A stretch of DNA of 63,282 bases, counting the filler, from Octopus bimaculoides (lineage: Eukaryota): NCBI RefSeq assembly GCF_001194135.2. It is 8 parts of 8 records of this genome, joined end to end, with 100 filler letters (N's around TTAATTAATTAA, not from the genome) between each part and the next. Parts side by side here need not be neighbours in the genome. Positions count along the whole stretch, not along the records: positions 17,920 to 45,974 come from NC_068996.1; positions 46,075 to 54,270 come from NW_026340023.1; 6 more parts are not named here. The stretch is one strand, 5' to 3'. The position numbers and the translations under genes were made by a program. The notes under the pieces were generated by a model, which did not search any database, was not told where the DNA came from, and worked only from the letters and a program-made list of their open reading frames with translations. Positions 36,501 to 49,084 of this stretch are shown piece after piece. How positions within the stretch are numbered: position 1 is the stretch's first letter; each line of letters begins with the position of its first letter.

Positions 36501-38160
36501 AGCCATGCTAGTTAAAGAAAATATTTTTAAAGGCCCTTCCAACAGCCTTATCAAGTAATTTTTAAAAAAAACCCACACTACAAGGGAATTTCTCTCTTAT
36601 AGTTTTATAAACATCTGACGACGTTTTAATTTGCGGGGGATTTGCGGATGATATCCTCAAATTATTTTCCCTCTGTCTCTATTTTGGTTTTGTTTTACAA
36701 AATCCATCAATTCACAGCTGCACTTGTTCACAACATTGAAATTGATGGATACATTTCGTCTACAGTCTGATGAATATTCTTGTTTTTGAAGTTCCGTAAT
36801 TGGTCGTTTCTGTGTTTCTGTGATTTCATACTGTTGATGATTTTGCTGTGTTTGAAGTTGTTGTTTTTGTTATTGTTGTTTTTGTTGGAGTGGTTGTGCA
36901 TTGTGTTGCAGTAGTAGTTTCAGAATATGTTTTTGTTGATTTCTTGGAGTAGGTCTATGTACTCTCTTCCTCCTTCGCCGACCCACTTTTGTCACTGTGA
37001 TCCATCAATCGTTCAACTCTTCTTTCTCCATGCCATTGCAGCTGATGCTGGTTTAGGAGGAAGAACATTCAAGAAAAACTTGCTTCTCCGTGGCAACTGG
37101 AGGTGATTTCTTCTTTGTCTTGGTTTAGGTGTGAGCATGGGTGTGGATGTAAGTGTAGGTATCTTGAACACTTGTTCATGATTTTATGTTTGTAGTGTTT
37201 GTAGTGTTGGCAGCAGTGGGAGTTTATTTTTTCTTGTTCCAGGTCAGAAAGCGTTTAAGTGAGTTACAGATCCACATATGTGGCATCTTAGCTTTCTACC
37301 CTCCACTAATATCGACAGGTGAGTCCCATTGGTGAGATCGATTAGATCGGGCAGCTGATCGATATGGTTCTGCTTAGATTGTAGAGTCAGTTCCATACTT
37401 ACACCAGACCAGTTTTGCATAGATATTTTCTTGACCACCAATATTGTCACTTCGTCTTCTTTTAGACCTGCCAGGACGGTCGCCACTAACACCAGGTAGT
37501 GGATATTTGTAACGGCAAATTCAACACCCTAATCTTGGAAAGACGTTGGCTGCGATAGCTCGGGATTAAGATGTCATTCCTCAAATTGGTCGCAGAACGA
37601 CACCTGGTTTCTTCTTCCGTCCCAAATCTCACCTAAATAATGCCAAACTTCTTTCCTCGAGTGATGTGGGTCTTTTGTTCTCACTCTCCCGAAGAATTTT
37701 TGTATTTTGCTCTAAGCAACATCTTCCACCACTTGACTCCGATGCAGCGGTATGTTACCGTGCATCTTAAGAAGTTCTCTATCACGTCGAATGGAGGGTT
37801 TAAAGTTACCCTTCTACAATTTTCTTTGCCATTTGAAAATATTCTTCATCTATGCGGAAATTGTGCATATTTCTTGCCGCAAACGCAAATGATGTGGAGG
37901 CAACATTCGCATTTTTATGTTTCATTTCTTTCATATTGTTGTTGCAGTTGCTGTGACTGTTGTTGTCACTGCTGCTGCTGTTGCAGTTATTGTTCTTGTG
38001 GTCGACACCGAAAAATTTGACGTTGATTAGAGACGAAACATTATTCGACACGGTGAAGTCATTAAGTTGAGGCCATTGGGTATGTTTGTTTTCATTCTTT
38101 GACGAGGAATGCGTTCCTGTGTCGAACATTACAACGGCTTCTTTATTAGCCACCTATAAA
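33515..38160 (-). mobile_element. Near full-length decayed Tx1/L1-clade LINE (ORF1 + ORF2)
   Basis: ORF1 with KLRCHICGSVTHL knuckle (37250-38153); ORF2 start LRIGCVNVRGL...TAINET (APE); RT NFRPITLLNTEFKILA, KAFNSVDHRYL, LYVLAFELL, SAYTDD; C-terminal QCPGIADLWIYVE...FLCLVVVAKEVVW. Many lesions. Confidence 0.88.
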
Positions 38161-38400
38161 TAATTAAGGAAAATTGCAAAATATTTGCTTTAGCCGTAAG
38201 TAGTCACAATTCAAAAATTATTGATGCGCACCCATTGCAAAGGGTGGATGTTTCTACACACAACAACTACCTACGCAGTACAGATAATCTCAGAATTGCA
38301 ATGGAAATAATAAAATTGAATACACAAGGCCTTAGAAGGCCGAAAACATAACAAACACTTTTTCAACTTACGGAGTTATAATAATAGTAATAATAATAAT

Positions 38401-38784
38401 ATAGAAAGGATTGAGGTAACTCCTCCTGAAGATATAGAGTCAAAATTAAAAGAAGAGTGCCATTTGCTATCTCGTGAACAATATTTCGACATCTTGCGTG
38501 TCTTCCACTGGTTCAAAAAATAAATTTGTCAATCTACTTCATGTCGAAATATTGTTCACGAGATAGCAAATGACACTCTTCTTTTAATTTTAATAATATT
38601 AATAATAATAATAATAATAATAATAANNNNNNNNNNNNNNNNNNNGAGTTACCTCAATCCTTTCTATATAAACGAAAATGAAGTAGATTGACAAATTTAT
38701 TTTTTGAACCAGTGGAAGACACGCAAGATGTCGAAATATTGTTCACGAGATAGCAAATGACACTCTTCTTTTAATTTTAATAAT

Positions 38785-38830
<46 letters not shown>
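38401..38830. repeat. Complex inverted/duplicated segment around a 19-N gap
   Basis: 38442-38492 is inverted at 38541-38591; 38401-38422 and 38442-38542 are inverted within 38646-38790; 38541-38626 is repeated at 38728-38815. Confidence 0.8.
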
Positions 38831-38846
<16 letters not shown>

Positions 38847-38867
38847 CAATAATAATAATAATAATAA

Positions 38868-39410
38868 ATACCCTGATGCTGTACCAGGCAGTGGCTCTCA
38901 TGGCTTCTAATCTTAATTGATTGGAAGTGGTATCATGTACATTGTTTTGCCTTGCTATAAAAGGTGGGCTACAGCAAATATTCTGCTTAATACCACAGAT
39001 TTGCTTGTCAGTTGTTTGATCTTAACCAGTTGAGTATGTCTCTTAGTGGCTGACAATATGAGCATTTCTGATCACGAGCAGAAGTAGTTGGGTGCATCAT
39101 AGCCATGTGTTCAGAGGAATTCTTTGAGGTTTGGTTAATTCACCTTTGGAAACACGGATGTTTCGTTCAGCATCCTTAAACAACGCTTATTCAGGGACCT
39201 TTTCAGTGGGATGGGCAACTCAACATGAAGAAAATTCTAACTGGGACCCACCTGCAAGGTCATGCCCTGTTCACCTTGGTTTCATATCACCATATCACAT
39301 ATATATGGTTGTGATGTATTTGCTTTGTGCACCTTTATCATACGGGTAGTCATGATGGGTATATTGGGCTTTATATATTCGTGCCGCAGTGTCATTTTGA
39401 TGGCCTGCAC
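38868..39410. repeat. Unclassified ~550-bp interspersed repeat (most complete copy)
   Basis: Inverted homologue at 56425-56970 and fragment at 3190-3362. Confidence 0.8.
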
Positions 39411-40845
39411 TGCTCTCCCACTCAATAATAATAATATGAGTGTATTATAAAATGAAATAATTCAGGTGTTCTAAATCTGAATTATTATGCGCGTAAGATG
39501 TCTGTAAATCTTTAAAGGATCACGCAATACCTTGTTTTGCTGCATCTCGGTAAGTTTTTATTTTAAGTTTATCAACACATTACTTAATGTTTCGTCTGCA
39601 GAGAAGTGAAATAATCTTCAGAATCCTCAGAGTATATTTTGTTAGAAGCTATACTCTAATAACATTTCTATTTAAAAACAATGTCAATGAATGATTAAAT
39701 AAACTATTGGTCCGCCAAATTATACGTATTATATTGCAGCCTTTTTAAAGACCACAGCTTTCATATCTCAAGATATTAAAAATATATACCTCATTCATTT
39801 TCATAATTGCTGCTCCGGTGCAAAAACTATTCTGAGGAAAACTTAAAAGTTGATCTTAAAAAAAAGTAATAACGATACCGACAACAGAAAAAAATTAACC
39901 TTTCGGCTCGATCTTAAATGGTTACTCTCAAATAAGTAATAATCATGAGAGAAATCAAGAAAATATAAGTTTATATTAAAACGTGACATCTAGTATACAC
40001 TTGAGAAGTTAAAAGTTTGTGTTAGTCATGCAAATGATAATCAGATTAAGTGTTTAAGCGAAGTAGATTATAGTAAACAGTAAGATGTATTGGTGGCAGA
40101 GCAAGTAGAAGACAAGAAGATAAAGAAGTAAGACCTACAAGTGTGTATGACCTATTGAAATAGAAGTACCTCAACATCCATTCATTGTTTTAACTGACAA
40201 AAAAATATTTAAAAACTAAAAAAAAATATATATAATTATAGAAATGCATTAAATTGGAGGCAGGATTATCACTTCGCACATGTGTGTGTATCTGTGTGTG
40301 TGTATCTGTGTGTGTGTTTGTGTGTGTGTGTGAAATAGAGAGAGAGAGAGGCAGGGAGAAATAGTGATGAAATAAAGAGCAAGAGGCAGTATGTAACTCA
40401 GTATGTGCGTGTGTGTGCGCGCGTACGCGTGTTCAAGTATACTTGTTGAAAAGAAGCTTAATGAAAATGAGCAACCAAGTAAGAATTAAGGTAGTATATC
40501 CATATAAGTCTTCTTTCTTAAGGCTTCCATTCAGAAATAGTTTCAATACATCTGCTTTAAGACTATATAGTACATATACCTGAAATGAATATATTTAAAT
40601 ATAGAGATAAGATAGCTAGCTAAAATTGATAAAAAGTTTGTTGCTAATTCAAGCAATTTGAACTTTCATATCAAAGTTAAACATGTAGCATACAGTAACA
40701 TGTATAAGCATGTTACCGATGTTGAAAAGCGAACAAGTTGTGCTGTCTTACCAAACACATACGTTGCAGTTTAGCCTCACTCTGCTCTAATCGAGTAGAC
40801 ATATTATAAGATGTTGCAACCACGAGTACAACGTTTCACACACAT

Positions 40846-40879
<34 letters not shown>

Positions 40880-41289
40880 ATGGCGGTAATCAATCTTGTA
40901 TGACCAGACTCTCTGACTGAACACTCAGTTGATTGTAAAGAAGAATGAACCGATTTTCAAAGATATTATCTGAGAGTGGTTGCTATTTCTAGTGGTTTCA
41001 TGGATCTAAGCAATCAAACACATGGTACACTTATTGAAATTATTTTTAATATTGTAGTGAAACAAGATAGATTCAATGCATTGTAAAGTTAGGCTTTTGT
41101 AGAGGTCTTGTTTATATTCAGCTCAAACTAACCGGGTTTAAAGACTTCCTTCCAACCATAATTAACTCTTTTCAGATGTCATAGTTTTCATTTAAGACCG
41201 GGTTTTACTTGGTGGTTATTTCCAAGATTTTCCTAATAAGTCAAATGTTCACGTAAAATCTCCTGCAGTAGCTCGAAGTGACGCTAGTG

Positions 41290-42270
41290 TGTTGGATAGT
41301 TGTATCCTGGTGTGTTGTATGGAAGCGTTAAAGTGATGTATGATGGAGTAAAATGTATGGTGCAGTATAATGTTGGTGTGTAGCAGTTATGATGTGGTAA
41401 TATTAGTGTTGCGTGTATGGCTGTGTTGGTGTGGTTAATGGTACTCTTAGTGTATGATGTACAGTAGTGTTGTGGGATGTATGGATGTATAGGAGTATTT
41501 GCTTTTTATGGTGTATTATAAAGTTGAATTGGTATATATTTGGTGTATATTGCCGTGTTTGTTCGGTGTATGTTAGTGTTGGTGTTGTGCATTGTAGTCT
41601 CATAGTGTTTGTTTGGTGTATGATAGCGCTGGTATGTCCTCTGCTTGTGTTGTTATGAACTGTGGTCGTATTAATATTCAGTTGTATAGACATAGTCAGT
41701 TTAAGGCGGCGAACTGGCAGAATCCTTAGCGCGCCGCCTGGCGAAATGCTTGGCAGTATTTCATCTGTCTTTGCGTTCTAAGTTCAAATTCCGCCGAGGT
41801 CGACTTTGCTTTTCATATTTCGGGGTCGATAAAACAAGTACCATTTACACACTGGGGTCGATGTAATTGACTTAATCCCTTTGTCTGTCCTTGTTTGTCC
41901 CCTCTATGTTTAGCCCCTTGTGTGCAATAAAGAAATAAATATTCAGTTGTGTAGTGTTTTAGCGTAAGTGTGGCATAGGGTAGTATTGCGTTTCATGTCC
42001 GTTTTGCTGTGTTTTTATGGCAGTGTGTGTGTGATAATGTTAATATGACTATGGAATGTGTGCTGGATATATTTCTGTGGTACATGGTGTAATCTTCCGG
42101 TAGTGTTATTCCTTTGTAATAGCGTTGTTTTATTGTCTGTAGTGGCTCTGTTTGTATTGCTGTGTTCTGCGTTAGTGGAGTGTGTATGGTAGTGTTCAAA
42201 TATTGTCTGGTCTTATTGCTGTGTGTTGCATGACAGTGCTTCCGTGTGTGCATTATAGTATTATGATGCA
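41290..42270. repeat. Strand-skewed G/T-rich degenerate low-complexity tract
   Basis: Cryptic TGTAGTG/TGTTGTG-type periodicity, very few C on the plus strand. Interrupted by a SINE. Confidence 0.65.
41686..41937 (+). mobile_element. SINE family B with 13-bp TSD
   Basis: Head GGCGGCGAACTGGCAGAATCC...GTTCAAATTCCGCCGAGGTCGAC. TSD AATATTCAGTTGT at 41673-41685 and 41938-41950. Confidence 0.85.
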
Positions 42271-43329
42271 AGGAAGCTTTGATATATTACACGCAAGCTG
42301 CCATTGATACCATGCAGATATCGTTTTATTTTGAAATCTAAAAGATCTTCAATTGAAATATAATGTTGATATTGGCGCATATATATATACATACATACAT
42401 ACATANNNNNNNNNNNNNNNNNNNNNNNNNNNNNNNNNNNNNNNNNNNNNNNNNNNNNNNNNNNNNNNNNNNNNNNNNNNNNNNNNNNNNNNNNNNNNNN
42501 NNNNNNNNNNNNNNNNNNNNNNNNNNNNNNNNNNNNNNNNNNNNNNNNNNNNNNNNNNNNNNNNNNNNNNNNNNNNNNNTGTATATATATATATATATAT
42601 ACAAACACACACACACACACGCACACACACACACACACGCACACACACACACACACACGCACACACACACCCTTTGCTTTTTATTGTAGCTTGATGTATA
42701 ATGTTGATTCCATTATTTATTATCTTCAAAATATTTTCCATTTATATATTCTCCATTTATTGCACATTTCTTTATGATTCTTAAAACATATCTATTTTAG
42801 ACTAGTTAAAATTAACAAAGAGTTATATCCAAGATTGTCTGATTGTTAAAAATTTTGTGCAGTATATTTTTTTTATTGTTGTCCTTTTTCGTTTTCCTTA
42901 TTCCGAACAGGAGACCATCATATCTTTAAAATTATTGTCAGATGTTGCATTATTTCTCATGATGAGACTTTTCTTTGCAACCAAACATGACTATTTTAGT
43001 TTTAGTATATTTTAAACAAATTCTAGTAACATTATAGTCACCACATAAGTATCCCTTATTTACTGAGTTATTTTGACAGCATTTAAATTTCACAGGTAGC
43101 GATTTTTTAAAACATAAGAATCTGGGCATAGAACTCTAGCTCAAGCGTCCCTTAAGTCCTTTTAGATTAAACATATACCATCATGTTGTGGGTTTCGACA
43201 TTCAGACCTATCTTATTTTTCTTGAACATGTTTCTTCTGATCACTTGAATATTTGTGTATGAACTATGTAAGAAACCTCATTCGACAGAATTCTGCCCTT
43301 CATGAGTATTCTAGTAGTAACTTGAAATG

Positions 43330-44690
43330 GATAATTCACTACGAGAGCTGAAATACATACATACATACATACATACATACATACATGTGTACATTGATGT
43401 GAAAACCCGGAAAATATTGATAAGTACACATAATTTCCACACAAACAATGACGTAGACCGCCGCTACGTAAAACAAAAAGAAGGCACAAGCTTAACATCG
43501 ATCCAAAATGTCTTTGCATGTCGCATCATATCCCTCCGGCAACAACTTTTAACAATCTTTTCACCAAGTGTCGAACTGCATCCCTCGATAAAGTTTGCTT
43601 ACAAGAGGCTGATAACATCATAACACTTGGAAGGCAGTTCCTTGAGCAACACTCATTGTCTGATAACCTAGAATACATATCCAAAGAAGTCGCACGACTC
43701 TACCACAACGTATCATCAGTAAAAGGATGAGCCTATATGAGCAGATGATTGTAAGATCGATCATCAGAATGGTTTATCACGGACCAAAAGACGGATTAAT
43801 ACCTCCCACTTTGAAGGGTATGCGTTTGCAATCCAAGAGCAGGAAATATCAACCAAGTACCTGATGCACAACAGGGATACAAATGCAGGGAAATCATTAA
43901 AATATGACAACTGATGCAGACTTTGTGGAGTTGAAACTGAAGATATCACCCACATCATAAGCAGTTGTCTGAAAATGTCATCTTAGTATTATCTATCGGT
44001 GAGACATGATGTTGTAGCTAGGACATTCTATAATGAAATCCGTCGGAAGGATAATTCCGAGGACAATGAAATAAAAACCCACAATATGGTAGAAGCCATA
44101 GCCACTCATAATAAAAAGGAATACTGGTGGAATGTACCACTGAAGACCTCAAGGAAATGTAAGCACAACATGCCTGATATAATGATTTGGGAAAGAGAAG
44201 AGAAACTGTGCACCGTTGTGGAAATTAGCTGCCCAGCGGATGTTAACATAAAGCTGAAGATCAGTGAAAAAGAGAAACCTACGATGAACTATTGAGAAAT
44301 ATGCAGTTACTCTATTCAGATTACAAGTTCAGGTCTATACTTGTAACTATTGGGGCCCTGGGATATGTAACACTGTCTAAACACCAAATTTGAGGAATTA
44401 GGCTTCTCAGAACCAGAAAGGAGAAAGCTAATTCGAAGACTACATATCCACTCCATCACTGGAACTGTAAAAATCTATAAAACTTTCCAGAAGTTTATCA
44501 TTTAAATATATATATGAGCATGCCTAGATATGCAACAATATGCATGAGAATGCATACATAAAACAAACAAACCTGCACGTACATACATACAAAAAATACC
44601 CCGTTGTTGATACTGAAATTCCAATGAAGGAACCTTGGATCTAGGTTAGAAATAAACTGAATAATGTAAAACATACAAATCTGCACATAC
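43330..44690 (+). mobile_element. R4/Dong-like LINE 3' third (post-RT, zinc knuckle, RLE, 3' UTR)
   Basis: NFHTNNDVDRRYVKQKEG, HFEGYAFAIQEQEISTKYL, CRLCGVETEDITHIISSC, RHDVVAR, WWNVPL...PDIMIWEREEKLCTVVEISCPAD. Confidence 0.88.
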
Positions 44691-44860
44691 ATACATACAT
44701 ACATACATACATACATAAATACATACATACATGCATACATGCATACATGCATACATACATGCATGCATACATGCATACATACATACATACATACATGCAT
44801 ACATACATACATACATACATACATACATACATACATACATACATACATACATACATACAA
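44685..44860. repeat. (ATAC)n/(ATGC) microsatellite
   Basis: Direct reading. Confidence 0.95.
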
Positions 44861-45491
44861 CAATGCCATACTCGTGGTGAAATAAGTTAATATGAGTTTT
44901 CTATGATGTTCATGCGATAGGAAAACAAAAGATTAGGAAGTCTCTTAACGGAAAGTGTTACAAATTCGGCACAAAGAAATGTTTTACCCGGCTTCGCGCC
45001 CGAATCAATATCATGGATCAGCAGTAATTTAAAGCAGTCATGCATTAAGCTAGCACTATCCTGTGTAGACTAGTTTGCATATTTCATGAAATCTGACGCA
45101 AGCTTTAATTATTATTTTAAAAACTTTATTTATGCTGTGTTCTACATTAAGTAGAAATTGTTTATCTCATAGCGAGTCATCAAAAGGAGAATCACTAAAA
45201 TTCGGGCAATAAATAGCATACATTAACTTTATATATTTCAGCCAATCTATACTCTTGATTGAGAAAGGAAACATTGTATGTGTATTCTGTACAGAACGGT
45301 CAAAAAACTCTAAAAAGATCCGTTTAGAAATTGCATATTTTATCTCTGTATATCACAAATAATGTGTTTATATTCCTATTTCACAAATTATGTATGAAAT
45401 CGTAATATATTGATTTGTTTGTTCTGTTGATATACTGATTTACGCAGCGTTCTGCATAAGATGGATAATGATGCATATGTGTGTATGTGCG

Positions 45492-45558
<67 letters not shown>
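45492..45558. repeat. (TATC)n microsatellite
   Basis: Direct reading. Confidence 0.95.
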
Positions 45559-45559
<1 letters not shown>

Positions 45560-46074
45560 GATCTGACGGACGTGCTGTCACATCGGCTGCAGAGGTAAAC
45601 CTCTTTTTAACCTTCTATTGCCCACATTTTGTTGGAAATTTTTATATTTTTGTTGCAAAGCACCTAGGCTTCATTTCTGTGTATTTTCAAAGGCAGGAAT
45701 TGGCCCCCAGGGGCAGTTTCGGCCCTAGCAAAATACAAAAATTTCCTTCTTGACATTTGAAAAATGTCGAGAAATATAATTTTGGAACGCTTATCTTGTT
45801 CTTTTGACAAGCATTTCCCGAGGCTTCAGATGCCAGAAGAGAAAAAAGAACAGAGTAGCCCGTGCTCACACAGTGACAGGAACGCAGTTGCTGTAAACGT
45901 CACAAAGACGGCGATTACAGCTACTAACAGCCCTCTCACCACCTCCACCACCACCACCACCAACACCAACAACANNNNNNNNNNNNNNNNNNNNNNNNNN
46001 NNNNNNNNNNNNNNNNNNTTAATTAATTAANNNNNNNNNNNNNNNNNNNNNNNNNNNNNNNNNNNNNNNNNNNN

Positions 46075-49052
46075 GTGAGTGTGTGTGTGTGAATGCGTGC
46101 GTTCATGTTCGTGTATGTGTGTTTGTGTGAATGCGTGCGTCCTTGTTCGTATGTGTGAATGCATATGGAGTAAGAGAGGCAACTCTGTCATAGTTAACGT
46201 GTGTGTGCGTGTGTGTGTGTGTGTGTAAATGCGTGCGTTCATGTGTGAATGCATATGGTATGTGTGAATGCATATGGTGTAAGGGAGACAACTCCGTCAA
46301 AGTTAAGGTGTGTGTGTGTGTGTGTGTAAATGCGTGCGTTCATGTTCCTATGGGTGAATGCATATGGTCAAAGGGAGACAACTCTGTCAAAGTTAAAGTG
46401 TGTGTGTGTGTGTGTGTAAATGCGTGCGTTCATTTCCGTGTATGTGTGAATGCGTGCGTTCTTGTTNNNNNNNNNNNNNNNNNNNNNNNNNNNNNNNNNN
46501 NNNNNNNNNNNNNNNNNNNNNNNNNNNNNNNNNNNNNNNNNNNNNNNNNNNNNNNNNNNNNNNNNNNNNNNNNNNNNNNNNNNNNNNNNNNNNNNNNNNN
46601 NNNNNNNNNNNNNNNNNNNNNNNNNNNNNNNNNNNNNNNNNNNNNNNNNNNNNNNNNNNNNNNNNNNNNNNNNNNNNNNNNNNNNNNNNNNNNNNNNNNN
46701 NNNNNNNNNNNNNNNNNNNNNNNNNNNNNNNNNNNNNNNNNNNNNNNNNNNNNNNNNNNNNNNNNNNNNNNNNNNNNNNNNNNNNNNNNNNNNNNNNNNN
46801 NNNNNNNNNNNNNNNNNNNNNNNNNNNNNNNNNNNNNNNNNNNNNNNNNNNNNNNNNNNNNNNNNNNNNNNNNNNNNNNNNNNNNNNNNNNNNNNNNNNN
46901 NNNNNNNNNNNNNNNNNNNNNNNNNNNNNNNNNNNNNNNNNNNNNNNNNNNNNGCGTGCGTTCATGTTCGTGTATTTGTGAATGCGTGCGTTCTTGTTCA
47001 TATCTGTGAATGCATGTCGTCAAAGGGAGGCAACTCTGTCATAGTTAACGTGTGTGTGAGTGTGTGTGTGTGAATGCGTGCGTTCATGTTCGTGTATGTG
47101 TGTTTGTGTGAATGCGTGCGTCCTTGTTCGTATGTGTGAATNNNNNNNNNNAACGTGTGTGTGAGTGTGTGTGTGTGAATGCGTGCGTTCATGTTCGTGT
47201 ATGTGTGTTTGTGTGAATGCGTGCGTCCTTGTTCGTATGTGTGAATGCATATGGAGTAAGAGAGGCATCTCTGTCATAGTTAACGTGTGTGTATGCGTGT
47301 GTGTGTGTGTGTAAATGCGTGCGTTCATGTTCGTATGTGTGAATGCATATGGTGTAAGGGAGACAACTCTGTCAAAGTTAAGGTGTGTGTGTGTGTGTGT
47401 GTGTGTGTAAATGCGTGCGTTCATGTTCCTATGTGTGAATGCATATGGAGTAAGAGAGGCAACTCTGTCATAGTTAACGTGTGAGTGTGTGTGTGTGAAT
47501 GGGTGCGTTGATGTTCGTATGTGTGAATGCATATGGTCAAAGGGAGACAACTCTGTCAAAGTTAAGGTGTCTGTGTGTGTGTGTAAATGCGTGCGTTCAT
47601 TTTCGTGTATGTGTGAATGCGTGCGTTCTTGTTCATATGTGTGAACGTATATGGTCAAAGGGAGACAACTCTGTCATAGTTACCGTGTGCGTGTGTGTGT
47701 GTGTGTGTAAATGCGTGCGTTCATGTTGGTATGTGTGAATGCATATGGTGTAAGGGAGACAACTCTGTCAAAGTTAAGGTGTGTGTGTGTGTGTGTAAAT
47801 GCGTCCGTTCATGCTCGTATGTGTGAATGCATATGGTTTAAGAGAGACAACTCTGTCATAGTTAACGTGTGTGAGTGTGTGTGTGTGTGTGTGTGTATGA
47901 ATGCGTGCGTTCATGTTCGTGTATGTGTGTTTGTGTGAATGCGTGCGTTCTTGTTCGTATGTGTGATTGCATATGGTGTAAGGGAGAGAACTCTGTCATA
48001 GTTAACGTGTGTGTGTGTGTGTGTGAATGCGTGCGTTCATGTTCGTGCAAGTGTTAATGCATGCATTCATGTTCGTGTATGTGTGTGTGTGTGAATGCGT
48101 GCGTTCATGTTCGTGTATGTGTGAATGCATATGGTCGAAGGGAGACAACTCTGTCAATGTTAAGGTGTGTGTGTGTGTGTGTGTGTGTAAATGCGTGCGT
48201 TCATGTTCGTGTATTTGTGAATGCGTGCGTTCTTGTTCATATGTGTGAATGCATGTCGTCAAAGGGAGACAACTCTGTCATAGTTAACGTGTGCGCGTGT
48301 GTGTGTAAATGCGTGCGTTCATGTTCGTATGTATGAATGCATATGATGTAAGGGAGACAACTCTGTCATAGTTAACGTGTGCGTGTGTGTGTTTGTGTAA
48401 ATGAGTGCGTTCATGTTCGTGTTTGTGTGAATGCGTGCGTTCTTGTTGATATGTCAAAGGGAGGCAACTCTGTCATAGTTAACGTGTGCGTGTGCGTGTG
48501 TTTAAATGCGTGCGTTCATGTTTATATGTGTGAATGCATATGGTGTAAGGGAGACAACTCTGTCAATGTTAAGGTGTGTGTGTGTGTGTGTGTAAATGTG
48601 TGCGTTCATGTTCGTGTATTTGTGAATGCGTGCGTTCTTGTTCATATGTGTGAATGCATGTCGTCAAAGCGAGACAACTCTGTCATAGTTAACGTGTGCG
48701 CGTGTGTGTGTGTAAATGCGTGCGTTCATGTTCGTATGTGTGAATGCATATGGTGTAAGGGAGACAACTCTGTCAAAGTTAAGGTGTGAGTGTGTGTGTG
48801 TGTGTGTAAATGCGTGCGTTCATGGTCGTGTATGTGTGAATGCGTGCGTTCTTGTTCATATGTCAAAGGGAGGCAACTCTGTCATAGTTAACGTGTGCGT
48901 GTGTGTGTGTGTGTAAATGCGTGCGTTCATGTTCGTGTATATGTGAATACGTGCGTTCATATTCGTGTATGTGTGTTTGTGTGAATGCGTGCGTTCATGT
49001 TCCTATGTGTGAATGCATATGGAGTAAGAGAGGCAACTCTGTCATAGTTAAC

Positions 49053-49084
<32 letters not shown>

